Positions 41,231 to 56,600 of a stretch of DNA of 64,000 bases are shown here, piece after piece. The stretch is from Auanema rhodensis (lineage: Eukaryota > Animalia > Nematoda): positions 20,646,001 to 20,710,000 of the forward strand of contig OZ059894.1 of NCBI GenBank assembly GCA_964057225.1, written 5' to 3'. The position numbers and the translations under genes are program-made. Under the pieces are notes generated by a model that saw only the letters and a program-made list of their open reading frames with translations, was not told the DNA's origin and made no database searches. Each line of letters starts with the position of its first letter. Position 1 is the stretch's first letter.

Positions 41231-44200
41231 TTAATACAAAAATTAGTTATGATCGTTTGAAAAATGATGCATTAGTGTATGTTGAGTTTCCATGTACACT
41301 CAACATTGCTTCCAAAAACATTTTGACAAAAATTTTTTCGAAAAATTTCAAAATAATTTAGCAAAAAGTAGATGTTTTTAGATTCCTTTTTTCAAGGCAA
41401 AGACGATGGACAATGTTATTCAACGAAAAAATTAATTCTTCAGGGTGAAAATCGAGGATATAAGTGTGAACTTATATCAGTTGATATCTCGGTGAATTTT
41501 TAAGCTAGCGCGAATCTGATAACACAGATCGACGCAGCTTAAAAATCCGCATCGAATGCACTATACTACATTGAGAAACGCTTAATACAAAAATTAGTTA
41601 TGATCGTTTGAAAAATGATGCATTAGTGTATGTTGAGTTTCCATGTACACTCAACATTGCTTCCAAAAACATTTTGACAAAAATTTTTTCGAAAAATTTC
41701 AAAATAATTTAGCAAAAAGTAGATGTTTTTAGATTCCTTTTTTCAAGGCAAAGACGATGGACAATGTTATTCAACGAAAAAATTAATTCTTCAGGGTGAA
41801 AATCGAGGATAAAAGTGTGAACTTATATCAGTTGATATCTCGGTGCATTTTTAAGCTAGCGCAAATCTGATAACACAGATCGACGCAGCTTAAAAATCCG
41901 CATCGAATGCACTATACTACATTGAGAAACGCTTAAAACAAAAATTAGTTATGATCGTTTGAAAAATGATGCATTAGTGTATGTTGAGTTTCCATGTACA
42001 CTCAACATTGCTTCCAAAAACATTTTGACAAAAATTTTTTCGAAAAATTTCGAAATAATTTAGCAAAAAGTAGATGTTTTTAGATTCCATTTTTCAAGGC
42101 AAAGACGATGGACAATGTTATTCAACGAAAAAATTAATTCTTCAGGGTGAAAATCGAGGATATAAGTGTGAACTTATATCAGTTGATATCTCGGTGCATT
42201 TTTAAGCTAGCGCAAATCTGATAACACAGATCGACGCAGCTTCAAAATCCGCATCGAATGCACTATACTACATTGAGAAACGCTCAATACAAAAATTAGT
42301 TATGATCGTTTGAAAAATGATGCATTAGTGTATGTTGAGTTTCCATGTACACTCAACATTGCTTCCAAAAACATTTTGACAAAAATTTTTTCGAGAAATT
42401 TCAAAATAATTCAGCAAAAAGTAGATGTTTTTAGATTCCTTTTTTCAAGGCAAAGACGATGGACAATGTTATTCAACGAAAAAATTAATTCTTCAGGGTG
42501 AAAATCGAGGATATAAGTGTGAACTTATATCAGTTGATATCTCGGTGAATTTTTAAGCTAGCGCGAATCTGATAACACAGATCGACGCAGCTTAAAAATC
42601 CGCATCGAATGCACTATACTACATTGAGAAACGCTTAATACAAAAATTAGTTATGATCGTTTGAAAAATGATGCATTAGTGTATGTTGAGTTTCCATGTA
42701 CACTCAACATTGCTTCCAAAAACATTTTGACAAAAATTTTTTCGAAAAATTTCAAAACAATTTAGCAAAAAGTAGATGTTTTTAGATTCCTTTTTTCAAG
42801 GCAAAGACGATGGACAATGTTATTCAACGAAAAAATTAATTCTTCAGGGTGAAAATCGAGGATAAAAGTGTGAACTTATATCAGTTGATATCTCGGTGCA
42901 TTTTTAAGCTAGCGCAAATCTGATAACACAGATCGACGCAGCTTAAAAATCCGCATCGAATGCACTATACTACATTGAGAAACGCTTAATACAAAAATTA
43001 GTTATGATCGTTTGAAAAATGATGCATTAGTGTATGTTGAGTTTCCATGTACACTCAACATTGCTTCCAAAAACATTTTGACAAAAATTTTTTCGAAAAA
43101 TTTCGAAATAATTTAGCAAAAAGTAGATGTTTTTAGATTCCATTTTTCAAGGCAAAGACGATGGACAATGTTATTCAACGAAAAAATTAATTCTTCAGGG
43201 TGAAAATCGAGGATAAAAGTGTGAACTTATATCAGTTGATATCTCGGTGCATTTTTAAGCTAGCGCAAATCTGATAACACAGATCGACGCAGCTTAAAAA
43301 TCCGCATCGAATGCACTATACTACATTGAGAAACGCTCAATACAAAAATTAGTTATGATCGTTTGAAAAATGATGCATTAGTGTATGTTGAGTTTCCATG
43401 TACACTCAACATTGCTTCCAAAAACATTTTGACAAAAATTTTTTCGAAAAATTTCGAAATAATTTAGCAAAAAGTAGATGTTTTTAGATTCCATTTTTCA
43501 AGGCAAAGACGATGGACAATGTTATTCAACGAAAAAATTAATTCTTCAGGGTGAAAATCGAGGATATAAGTGTGAACTTATATCAGTTGATATCTCGGTG
43601 CATTTTTAAGCTAGCGCAAATCTGATAACACAGATCGACGCAGCTTCAAAATCCGCATCGAATGCACTATACTACATTGAGAAACGCTCAATACAAAAAT
43701 TAGTTATGATCGTTTGAAAAATGATGCATTAGTGTATGTTGAGTTTCCATGTACACTCAACATTGCTTCCAAAAACATTTTGACAAAAATTTTTTCGAAA
43801 AATTTCAAAATAATTTAGCAAAAAGTAGATGTTTTTAGATTCCTTTTTTCAAGGCAAAGACGATGGACAATGTTATTCAACGAAAAAATTAATTCTTCAG
43901 GGTGAAAATCGAGGATAAAAGTGTGAACTTATATCAGTTGATATCTCGGTGCATTTTTAAGCTAGCGCGAATCTGATAACACAGATCGACGCAGCTTAAA
44001 AATCCGCATCGAATGCACTATACTACATTGAGAAACGCTTAATACAAAAATTAGTTATGATCGTTTGAAAAATGATGCATTAGTGTATGTTGAGTTTCCA
44101 TGTACACTCAACATTGCTTCCAAAAACATTTTGACAAAAATTTTTTCGAAAAATTTCAAAATAATTTAGCGAAAAGTAGATGTTTTTAGATTCCTTTTTT

Positions 44201-47200
44201 CAAGGCAAAGACGATGGACAATGTTATTCAACAAAAAAATTAATTCTTCAGGGTGAAAATCGAGGATAAAAGTGTGAACTTATATCAGTTGATATCTCGG
44301 TGCATTTTTAAGCTAGCGCAAATCTGATAACACAGATCGACGCAGCTTAAAAATCCGCATCGAATGCACTATACTACATTGAGAAACGTTTAATACAAAA
44401 ATTAGTTATGATCGTTTGAAAAATGATGCATTAGTGTATGTTGAGTTTCCATGTACACTCAACATTGCTTCCAAAAACATTTTGACAAAAATTTTTTCGA
44501 AAAATTTCAAAATAATTTAGCAAAAAGTAGATGTTTTTAGATTCCTTTTTTCAAGGCAAAGACGATGGACAATGTTATTCAACGAAAAAATTAATTCTTC
44601 AGGGTGAAAATCGAGGATATAAGTGTGAACTTATATCAGTTGATATCTCGGTGAATTTTTAAGCTAGCGCGAATCTGATAACACAGATCGACGCAGCTTA
44701 AAAATCCGCATCGAATGCACTATACTACATTGAGAAACGCTTAATACAAAAATTAGTTATGATCGTTTGAAAAATGATGCATTAGTGTATGTTGAGTTTC
44801 CATGTACACTCAACATTGCTTCCAAAAACATTTTGACAAAAATTTTTTCGAAAAATTTCAAAATAATTTAGCAAAAAGTAGATGTTTTTAGATTCCTTTT
44901 TTCAAGGCAAAGACGATGGACAATGTTATTCAACGAAAAAATTAATTCTTCAGGGTGAAAATCGAGGATAAAAGTGTGAACTTATATCAGTTGATATCTC
45001 GGTGCATTTTTAAGCTAGCGCAAATCTGATAACACAGATCGACGCAGCTTAAAAATCCGCATCGAATGCACTATACTACATTGAGAAACGCTTAAAACAA
45101 AAATTAGTTATGATCGTTTGAAAAATGATGCATTAGTGTATGTTGAGTTTCCATGTACACTCAACATTGCTTCCAAAAACATTTTGACAAAAATTTTTTC
45201 GAAAAATTTCGAAATAATTTAGCAAAAAGTAGATGTTTTTAGATTCCATTTTTCAAGGCAAAGACGATGGACAATGTTATTCAACGAAAAAATTAATTCT
45301 TCAGGGTGAAAATCGAGGATATAAGTGTGAACTTATATCAGTTGATATCTCGGTGCATTTTTAAGCTAGCGCAAATCTGATAACACAGATCGACGCAGCT
45401 TCAAAATCCGCATCGAATGCACTATACTACATTGAGAAACGCTCAATACAAAAATTAGTTATGATCGTTTGAAAAATGATGCATTAGTGTATGTTGAGTT
45501 TCCATGTACACTCAACATTGCTTCCAAAAACATTTTGACAAAAATTTTTTCGAGAAATTTCAAAATAATTCAGCAAAAAGTAGATGTTTTTAGATTCCTT
45601 TTTTCAAGGCAAAGACGATGGACAATGTTATTCAACGAAAAAATTAATTCTTCAGGGTGAAAATCGAGGATATAAGTGTGAACTTATATCAGTTGATATC
45701 TCGGTGAATTTTTAAGCTAGCGCGAATCTGATAACACAGATCGACGCAGCTTAAAAATCCGCATCGAATGCACTATACTACATTGAGAAACGCTTAATAC
45801 AAAAATTAGTTATGATCGTTTGAAAAATGATGCATTAGTGTATGTTGAGTTTCCATGTACACTCAACATTGCTTCCAAAAACATTTTGACAAAAATTTTT
45901 TCGAAAAATTTCAAAACAATTTAGCAAAAAGTAGATGTTTTTAGATTCCTTTTTTCAAGGCAAAGACGATGGACAATGTTATTCAACGAAAAAATTAATT
46001 CTTCAGGGTGAAAATCGAGGATAAAAGTGTGAACTTATATCAGTTGATATCTCGGTGCATTTTTAAGCTAGCGCAAATCTGATAACACAGATCGACGCAG
46101 CTTAAAAATCCGCATCGAATGCACTATACTACATTGAGAAACGCTTAATACAAAAATTAGTTATGATCGTTTGAAAAATGATGCATTAGTGTATGTTGAG
46201 TTTCCATGTACACTCAACATTGCTTCCAAAAACATTTTGACAAAAATTTTTTCGAAAAATTTCGAAATAATTTAGCAAAAAGTAGATGTTTTTAGATTCC
46301 ATTTTTCAAGGCAAAGACGATGGACAATGTTATTCAACGAAAAAATTAATTCTTCAGGGTGAAAATCGAGGATAAAAGTGTGAACTTATATCAGTTGATA
46401 TCTCGGTGCATTTTTAAGCTAGCGCAAATCTGATAACACAGATCGACGCAGCTTAAAAATCCGCATCGAATGCACTATACTACATTGAGAAACGCTCAAT
46501 ACAAAAATTAGTTATGATCGTTTGAAAAATGATGCATTAGTGTATGTTGAGTTTCCATGTACACTCAACATTGCTTCCAAAAACATTTTGACAAAAATTT
46601 TTTCGAAAAATTTCGAAATAATTTAGCAAAAAGTAGATGTTTTTAGATTCCATTTTTCAAGGCAAAGACGATGGACAATGTTATTCAACGAAAAAATTAA
46701 TTCTTCAGGGTGAAAATCGAGGATATAAGTGTGAACTTATATCAGTTGATATCTCGGTGCATTTTTAAGCTAGCGCAAATCTGATAACACAGATCGACGC
46801 AGCTTCAAAATCCGCATCGAATGCACTATACTACATTGAGAAACGCTCAATACAAAAATTAGTTATGATCGTTTGAAAAATGATGCATTAGTGTATGTTG
46901 AGTTTCCATGTACACTCAACATTGCTTCCAAAAACATTTTGACAAAAATTTTTTCGAAAAATTTCAAAATAATTTAGCAAAAAGTAGATGTTTTTAGATT
47001 CCTTTTTTCAAGGCAAAGACGATGGACAATGTTATTCAACGAAAAAATTAATTCTTCAGGGTGAAAATCGAGGATAAAAGTGTGAACTTATATCAGTTGA
47101 TATCTCGGTGCATTTTTAAGCTAGCGCGAATCTGATAACACAGATCGACGCAGCTTAAAAATCCGCATCGAATGCACTATACTACATTGAGAAACGCTTA

Positions 47201-47667
47201 ATACAAAAATTAGTTATGATCGTTTGAAAAATGATGCATTAGTGTATGTTGAGTTTCCATGTACACTCAACATTGCTTCCAAAAACATTTTGACAAAAAT
47301 TTTTTCGAAAAATTTCAAAATAATTTAGCGAAAAGTAGATGTTTTTAGATTCCTTTTTTCAAGGCAAAGACGATGGACAATGTTATTCAACAAAAAAATT
47401 AATTCTTCAGGGTGAAAATCGAGGATAAAAGTGTGAACTTATATCAGTTGATATCTCGGTGCATTTTTAAGCTAGCGCAAATCTGATAACACAGATCGAC
47501 GCAGCTTAAAAATCCGCATCGAATGCACTATACTACATTGAGAAACGTTTAATACAAAAATTAGTTATGATCGTTTGAAAAATGATGCATTAGTGTATGT
47601 TGAGTTTCCATGTACACTCAACATTGCTTCCAAAAACATTTTGACAAAAATTTTTTCGAAAAATTTC
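41231..47667. repeat. 9-monomer (3159-bp) higher-order unit in two adjacent, apparently identical copies
   Basis: Rare SNP pairs at 42758/45917, 44233/47392 and 44389/47548, and ORF monomers at 42310/45469, are all 3159 bp apart. Confidence 0.85.
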
Positions 47668-50600
47668 GAAATAATTTAGCAAAAAGTAGATGTTTTTAGA
47701 TTCCATTTTTCAAGGCAAAGACGATGGACAATGTTATTCAACGAAAAAATTAATTCTTCAGGGTGAAAATCGAGGATAAAAGTGTGAACTTATATCAGTT
47801 GATATCTCGGTGCATTTTTAAGCTAGCGCAAATCTGATAACACAGATCGACGCAGCTTAAAAATCCGCATCGAATGCACTATACTACATTGAGAAACGCT
47901 TAAAACAAAAATTAGTTATGATCGTTTGAAAAATGATGCATTAGTGTATGTTGAGTTTCCATGTACACTCAACATTGCTTCCAAAAACATTTTGACAAAA
48001 ATTTTTTCGAAAAATTTCGAAATAATTTAGCAAAAAGTAGATGTTTTTAGATTCCATTTTTCAAGGCAAAGACGATGGACAATGTTATTCAACGAAAAAA
48101 TTAATTCTTCAGGGTGAAAATCGAGGATATAAGTGTGAACTTATATCAGTTGATATCTCGGTGCATTTTTAAGCTAGCGCAAATCTGATAACACAGATCG
48201 ACGCAGCTTCAAAATCCGCATCGAATGCACTATACTACATTGAGAAACGCTCAATACAAAAATTAGTTATGATCGTTTGAAAAATGATGCATTAGTGTAT
48301 GTTGAGTTTCCATGTACACTCAACATTGCTTCCAAAAACATTTTGACAAAAATTTTTTCGAAAAATTTCGAAATAATTTAGCAAAAAGTAGATGTTTTTA
48401 GATTCCATTTTTCAAGGCAAAGACGATGGACAATGTTATTCAACGAAAAAATTAATTCTTCAGGGTGAAAATCGAGGATATAAGTGTGAACTTATATCAG
48501 TTGATATCTCGGTGCATTTTTAAGCTAGCGCAAATCTGATAACACAGATCGACGCAGCTTCAAAATCCGCATCGAATGCACTATACTACATTGAGAAACG
48601 CTCAATACAAAAATTAGTTATGATCGTTTGAAAAATGATGCATTAGTGTATGTTGAGTTTCCATGTACACTCAACATTGCTTCCAAAAACATTTTGACAA
48701 AAATTTTTTCGAAAAATTTCAAAATAATTTAGCAAAAAGTAGATGTTTTTAGATTCCTTTTTTCAAGGCAAAGACGATGGACAATGTTATTCAACGAAAA
48801 AATTAATTCTTCAGGGTGAAAATCGAGGATAAAAGTGTGAACTTATATCAGTTGATATCTCGGTGCATTTTTAAGCTAGCGCGAATCTGATAACACAGAT
48901 CGACGCAGCTTAAAAATCCGCATCGAATGCACTATACTACATTGAGAAACGCTTAAAACAAAAATTAGTTATGATCGTTTGAAAAATGATGCATTAGTGT
49001 ATGTTGAGTTTCCATGTACACTCAACATTGCTTCCAAAAACATTTTGACAAAAATTTTTTCGAAAAATTTCGAAATAATTTAGCAAAAAGTAGATGTTTT
49101 TAGATTCCATTTTTCAAGGCAAAGACGATGGACAATGTTATTCAACGAAAAAATTAATTCTTCAGGGTGAAAATCGAGGATATAAGTGTGAACTTATATC
49201 AGTTGATATCTCGGTGCATTTTTAAGCTAGCGCAAATCTGATAACACAGATCGACGCAGCTTCAAAATCCGCATCGAATGCACTATACTACATTGAGAAA
49301 CGCTCAATACAAAAATTAGTTATGATCGTTTGAAAAATGATGCATTAGTGTATGTTGAGTTTCCATGTACACTCAACATTGCTTCCAAAAACATTTTGAC
49401 AAAAATTTTTTCGAGAAATTTCAAAATAATTCAGCAAAAAGTAGATGTTTTTAGATTCCTTTTTTCAAGGCAAAGACGATGGACAATGTTATTCAACGAA
49501 AAAATTAATTCTTCAGGGTGAAAATCGAGGATATAAGTGTGAACTTATATCAGTTGATATCTCGGTGAATTTTTAAGCTAGCGCGAATCTGATAACACAG
49601 ATCGACGCAGCTTAAAAATCCGCATCGAATGCACTATACTACATTGAGAAACGCTTAATACAAAAATTAGTTATGATCGTTTGAAAAATGATGCATTAGT
49701 GTATGTTGAGTTTCCATGTACACTCAACATTGCTTCCAAAAACATTTTGACAAAAATTTTTTCGAAAAATTTCAAAACAATTTAGCAAAAAGTAGATGTT
49801 TTTAGATTCCTTTTTTCAAGGCAAAGACGATGGACAATGTTATTCAACGAAAAAATTAATTCTTCAGGGTGAAAATCGAGGATAAAAGTGTGAACTTATA
49901 TCAGTTGATATCTCGGTGCATTTTTAAGCTAGCGCAAATCTGATAACACAGATCGACGCAGCTTAAAAATCCGCATCGAATGCACTATACTACATTGAGA
50001 AACGCTTAATACAAAAATTAGTTATGATCGTTTGAAAAATGATGCATTAGTGTATGTTGAGTTTCCATGTACACTCAACATTGCTTCCAAAAACATTTTG
50101 ACAAAAATTTTTTCGAAAAATTTCAAAATAATTTAGCGAAAAGTAGATGTTTTTAGATTCCTTTTTTCAAGGCAAAGACGATGGACAATGTTATTCAACG
50201 AAAAAATTAATTCTTCAGGGTGAAAATCGAGGATAAAAGTGTGAACTTATATCAGTTGATATCTCGGTGCATTTTTAAGCTAGCGCAAATCTGATAACAC
50301 AGATCGACGCAGCTTAAAAATCCGCATCGAATGCACTATACTACATTGAGAAACGTTTAATACAAAAATTAGTTATGATCGTTTGAAAAATGATGCATTA
50401 GTGTATGTTGAGTTTCCATGTACACTCAACATTGCTTCCAAAAACATTTTGACAAAAATTTTTTCGAAAAATTTCGAAATAATTTAGCAAAAAGTAGATG
50501 TTTTTAGATTCCATTTTTCAAGGCAAAGACGATGGACAATGTTATTCAACGAAAAAATTAATTCTTCAGGGTGAAAATCGAGGATAAAAGTGTGAACTTA

Positions 50601-53600
50601 TATCAGTTGATATCTCGGTGCATTTTTAAGCTAGCGCAAATCTGATAACACAGATCGACGCAGCTTAAAAATCCGCATCGAATGCACTATACTACATTGA
50701 GAAACGCTTAAAACAAAAATTAGTTATGATCGTTTGAAAAATGATGCATTAGTGTATGTTGAGTTTCCATGTACACTCAACATTGCTTCCAAAAACATTT
50801 TGACAAAAATTTTTTCGAAAAATTTCGAAATAATTTAGCAAAAAGTAGATGTTTTTAGATTCCATTTTTCAAGGCAAAGACGATGGACAATGTTATTCAA
50901 CGAAAAAATTAATTCTTCAGGGTGAAAATCGAGGATATAAGTGTGAACTTATATCAGTTGATATCTCGGTGCATTTTTAAGCTAGCGCAAATCTGATAAC
51001 ACAGATCGACGCAGCTTCAAAATCCGCATCGAATGCACTATACTACATTGAGAAACGCTCAATACAAAAATTAGTTATGATCGTTTGAAAAATGATGCAT
51101 TAGTGTATGTTGAGTTTCCATGTACACTCAACATTGCTTCCAAAAACATTTTGACAAAACTTTTTTCGAAAAATTTCAAAATAATTTAGCAAAAAGTAGA
51201 TGTTTTTAGATTCCTTTTTTCAAGGCAAAGACGATGGACAATGTTATTCAACGAAAAAATTAATTCTTCAGGGTGAAAATCGAGGATAAAAGTGTGAACT
51301 TATATCAGTTGATATCTCGGTGCATTTTTAAGCTAGCGCGAATCTGATAACACAGATCGACGCAGCTTAAAAATCCGCATCGAATGCACTATACTACATT
51401 GAGAAACGCTTAATACAAAAATTAGTTATGATCGTTTGAAAAATGATGCATTAGTGTATGTTGAGTTTCCATGTACACTCAACATTGCTTCCAAAAACAT
51501 TTTGACAAAAATTTTTTCGAAAAATTTCAAAATAATTTAGCAAAAAGTAGATGTTTTTAGATTCCATTTTTCAAGGCAAAGACGATGGACAATGTTATTC
51601 AACGAAAAAAGTATGTCTTCAGGGTGAAAATCGAGGATATAAGTGTGAACTTATATCAGTTGATATCTCGGTGCATTTTTAAGCTAGCGCAAATCTGATA
51701 ACACAGATCGACGCAGCTTAAAAATCCGCATCGAATGCACTATACTACATTGAGAAACGCTTAAAACAAAAATTAGTTATGATCGTTTGAAAAATGATGC
51801 ATTAGTGTATGTTGAGTTTCCATGTACACTCAACATTGCTTCCAAAAACATTTTGACAAAAATTTTTTCGAAAAATTTCGAAATAATTTAGCAAAAAGTA
51901 GATGTTTTTAGATTCCATTTTTCAAGGCAAAGACGATGGACAATGTTATTCAACGAAAAAATTAATTCTTCAGGGTGAAAATCGAGGATATAAGTGTGAA
52001 CTTATATCAGTTGATATCTCGGTGCATTTTTAAGCTAGCGCAAATCTGATAACACAGATCGACGCAGCTTCAAAATCCGCATCGAATGCACTATACTACA
52101 TTGAGAAACGCTCAATACAAAAATTAGTTATGATCGTTTGAAAAATGATGCATTAGTGTATGTTGAGTTTCCATGTACACTCAACATTGCTTCCAAAAAC
52201 ATTTTGACAAAAATTTTTTCGAGAAATTTCAAAATAATTCAGCAAAAAGTAGATGTTTTTAGATTCCTTTTTTCAAGGCAAAGACGATGGACAATGTTAT
52301 TCAACGAAAAAATTAATTCTTCAGGGTGAAAATCGAGGATATAAGTGTGAACTTATATCAGTTGATATCTCGGTGAATTTTTAAGCTAGCGCGAATCTGA
52401 TAACACAGATCGACGCAGCTTAAAAATCCGCATCGAATGCACTATACTACATTGAGAAACGCTTAATACAAAAATTAGTTATGATCGTTTGAAAAATGAT
52501 GCATTAGTGTATGTTGAGTTTTCATGTACACTCAACATTGCTTCCAAAAACATTTTGACAAAAATTTTTTCGAAAAATTTCAAAACAATTTAGCAAAAAG
52601 TAAATGTTTTTAGATTCCTTTTTTCAAGGCAAAGACGATGGACAATGTTATTCAACGAAAAAATTAATTCTTCAGGGTGAAAATCGAGGATAAAAGTGTG
52701 AACTTATATCAGTTGATATCTCGGTGCATTTTTAAGCTAGCGCAAATCTGATAACACAGATCGACGCAGCTTAAAAATCCGCATCGAATGCACTATACTA
52801 CATTGAGAAACGCTTAATACAAAAATTAGTTATGATCGTTTGAAAAATGATGCATTAGTGTATGTTGAGTTTCCATGTACACTCAACATTGCTTCCAAAA
52901 ACATTTTGACAAAAATTTTTTCGAAAAATTTCGAAATAATTTAGCAAAAAGTAGATGTTTTTAGATTCCATTTTTCAAGGCAAAGACGATGGACAATGTT
53001 ATTCAACGAAAAAATTAATTCTTCAGGGTGAAAATCGAGGATAAAAGTGTGAACTTATATCAGTTGATATCTCGGTGCATTTTTAAGCTAGCGCAAATCT
53101 GATAACACAGATCGACGCAGCTTAAAAATCCGCATCGAATGCACTATACTACATTGAGAAACGCTCAATACAAAAATTAGTTATGATCGTTTGAAAAATG
53201 ATGCATTAGTGTATGTTGAGTTTCCATGTACACTCAACATTGCTTCCAAAAACATTTTGACAAAAATTTTTTCGAAAAATTTCGAAATAATTTAGCAAAA
53301 AGTAGATGTTTTTAGATTCCATTTTTCAAGGCAAAGACGATGGACAATGTTATTCAACGAAAAAATTAATTCTTCAGGGTGAAAATCGAGGATATAAGTG
53401 TGAACTTATATCAGTTGATATCTCGGTGCATTTTTAAGCTAGCGCAAATCTGATAACACAGATCGACGCAGCTTCAAAATCCGCATCGAATGCACTATAC
53501 TACATTGAGAAACGCTCAATACAAAAATTAGTTATGATCGTTTGAAAAATGATGCATTAGTGTATGTTGAGTTTCCATGTACACTCAACATTGCTTCCAA

Positions 53601-56600
53601 AAACATTTTGACAAAAATTTTTTCGAAAAATTTCAAAATAATTTAGCAAAAAGTAGATGTTTTTAGATTCCTTTTTTCAAGGCAAAGACGATGGACAATG
53701 TTATTCAACGAAAAAATTAATTCTTCAGGGTGAAAATCGAGGATAAAAGTGTGAACTTATATCAGTTGATATCTCGGTGCATTTTTAAGCTAGCGCGAAT
53801 CTGATAACACAGATCGACGCAGCTTAAAAATCCGCATCGAATGCACTATACTACATTGAGAAACGCTTAATACAAAAATTAGTTATGATCGTTTGAAAAA
53901 TGATGCATTAGTGTATGTTGAGTTTCCATGTACACTCAACATTGCTTCCAAAAACATTTTGACAAAAATTTTTTCGAAAAATTTCAAAATAATTTAGCGA
54001 AAAGTAGATGTTTTTAGATTCCTTTTTTCAAGGCAAAGACGATGGACAATGTTATTCAACGAAAAAATTAATTCTTCAGGGTGAAAATCGAGGATAAAAG
54101 TGTGAACTTATATCAGTTGATATCTCGGTGCATTTTTAAGCTAGCGCAAATCTGATAACACAGATCGACGCAGCTTAAAAATCCGCATCGAATGCACTAT
54201 ACTACATTGAGAAACGTTTAATACAAAAATTAGTTATGATCGTTTGAAAAATGATGCATTAGTGTATGTTGAGTTTCCATGTACACTCAACATTGCTTCC
54301 AAAAACATTTTGACAAAAATTTTTTCGAAAAATTTCGAAATAATTTAGCAAAAAGTAGATGTTTTTAGATTCCATTTTTCAAGGCAAAGACGATGGACAA
54401 TGTTATTCAACGAAAAAATTAATTCTTCAGGGTGAAAATCGAGGATAAAAGTGTGAACTTATATCAGTTGATATCTCGGTGCATTTTTAAGCTAGCGCAA
54501 ATCTGATAACACAGATCGACGCAGCTTAAAAATCCGCATCGAATGCACTATACTACATTGAGAAACGCTTAAAACAAAAATTAGTTATGATCGTTTGAAA
54601 AATGATGCATTAGTGTATGTTGAGTTTCCATGTACACTCAACATTGCTTCCAAAAACATTTTGACAAAAATTTTTTCGAAAAATTTCGAAATAATTTAGC
54701 AAAAAGTAGATGTTTTTAGATTCCATTTTTCAAGGCAAAGACGATGGACAATGTTATTCAACGAAAAAATTAATTCTTCAGGGTGAAAATCGAGGATATA
54801 AGTGTGAACTTATATCAGTTGATATCTCGGTGCATTTTTAAGCTAGCGCAAATCTGATAACACAGATCGACGCAGCTTCAAAATCCGCATCGAATGCACT
54901 ATACTACATTGAGAAACGCTCAATACAAAAATTAGTTATGATCGTTTGAAAAATGATGCATTAGTGTATGTTGAGTTTCCATGTACACTCAACATTGCTT
55001 CCAAAAACATTTTGACAAAACTTTTTTCGAAAAATTTCAAAATAATTTAGCAAAAAGTAGATGTTTTTAGATTTCTTTTTTCAAGGCAAAGACGATGGAC
55101 AATGTTATTCAACGAAAAAATTAATTCTTCAGGGTGAAAATCGAGGATAAAAGTGTGAACTTATATCAGTTGATATCTCGGTGCATTTTTAAGCTAGCGC
55201 GAATCTGATAACACAGATCGACGCAGCTTAAAAATCCGCATCGAATGCACTATACTACATTGAGAAACGCTTAATACAAAAATTAGTTATGATCGTTTGA
55301 AAAATGATGCATTAGTGTATGTTGAGTTTCCATGTACACTCAACATTGCTTCCAAAAACATTTTGACAAAAATTTTTTCGAAAAATTTCGAAATAATTTA
55401 GCAAAAAGTAGATGTTTTTAGATTCCATTTTTTAAGGCAAAGACGATGGACAATGTTATTCAACGAAAAAATTAATTCTTCAGGGTGAAAATCGAGGATA
55501 TAAGTGTGAACTTATATCAGTTGATATCTCGGTGCATTTTTAAGCTAGCGCAAATCTGATAACACAGATCGACGCAGCTTCAAAATCCGCATCGAATGCA
55601 CTATACTACATTGAGAAACGCTCAATACAAAAATTAGTTATGATCGTTTGAAAAATGATGCATTAGTGTATGTTGAGTTTCCATGTACACTCAACATTGC
55701 TTCCAAAAACATTTTGACAAAAATTTTTTCGAGAAATTTCAAAATAATTCAGCAAAAAGTAGATGTTTTTAGATTCCTTTTTTCAAGGCAAAGACGATGG
55801 ACAATGTTATTCAACGAAAAAATTAATTCTTCAGGGTGAAAATCGAGGATATAAGTGTGAACTTATATCAGTTGATATCTCGGTGAATTTTTAAGCTAGC
55901 GCGAATCTGATAACACAGATCGACGCAGCTTAAAAATCCGCATCGAATGCACTATACTACATTGAGAAACGTTTAATACAAAAATTAGTTATGATCGTTT
56001 GAAAAATGATGCATTAGTGTATGTTGAGTTTCCATGTACACTCAACATTGCTTCCAAAAACATTTTGACAAAAATTTTTTCGAAAAATTTCGAAATAATT
56101 TAGCAAAAAGTAGATGTTTTTAGATTCCATTTTTCAAGGCAAAGACGATGGACAATGTTATTCAACGAAAAAATTAATTCTTCAGGGTGAAAATCGAGGA
56201 TAAAAGTGTGAACTTATATCAGTTGATATCTCGGTGCATTTTTAAGCTAGCGCAAATCTGATAACACAGATCGACGCAGCTTAAAAATCCGCATCGAATG
56301 CACTATACTACATTGAGAAACGCTTAAAACAAAAATTAGTTATGATCGTTTGAAAAATGATGCATTAGTGTATGTTGAGTTTCCATGTACACTCAACATT
56401 GCTTCCAAAAACATTTTGACAAAAATTTTTTCGAAAAATTTCGAAATAATTTAGCAAAAAGTAGATGTTTTTAGATTCCATTTTTCAAGGCAAAGACGAT
56501 GGACAATGTTATTCAACGAAAAAATTAATTCTTCAGGGTGAAAATCGAGGATATAAGTGTGAACTTATATCAGTTGATATCTCGGTGCATTTTTAAGCTA

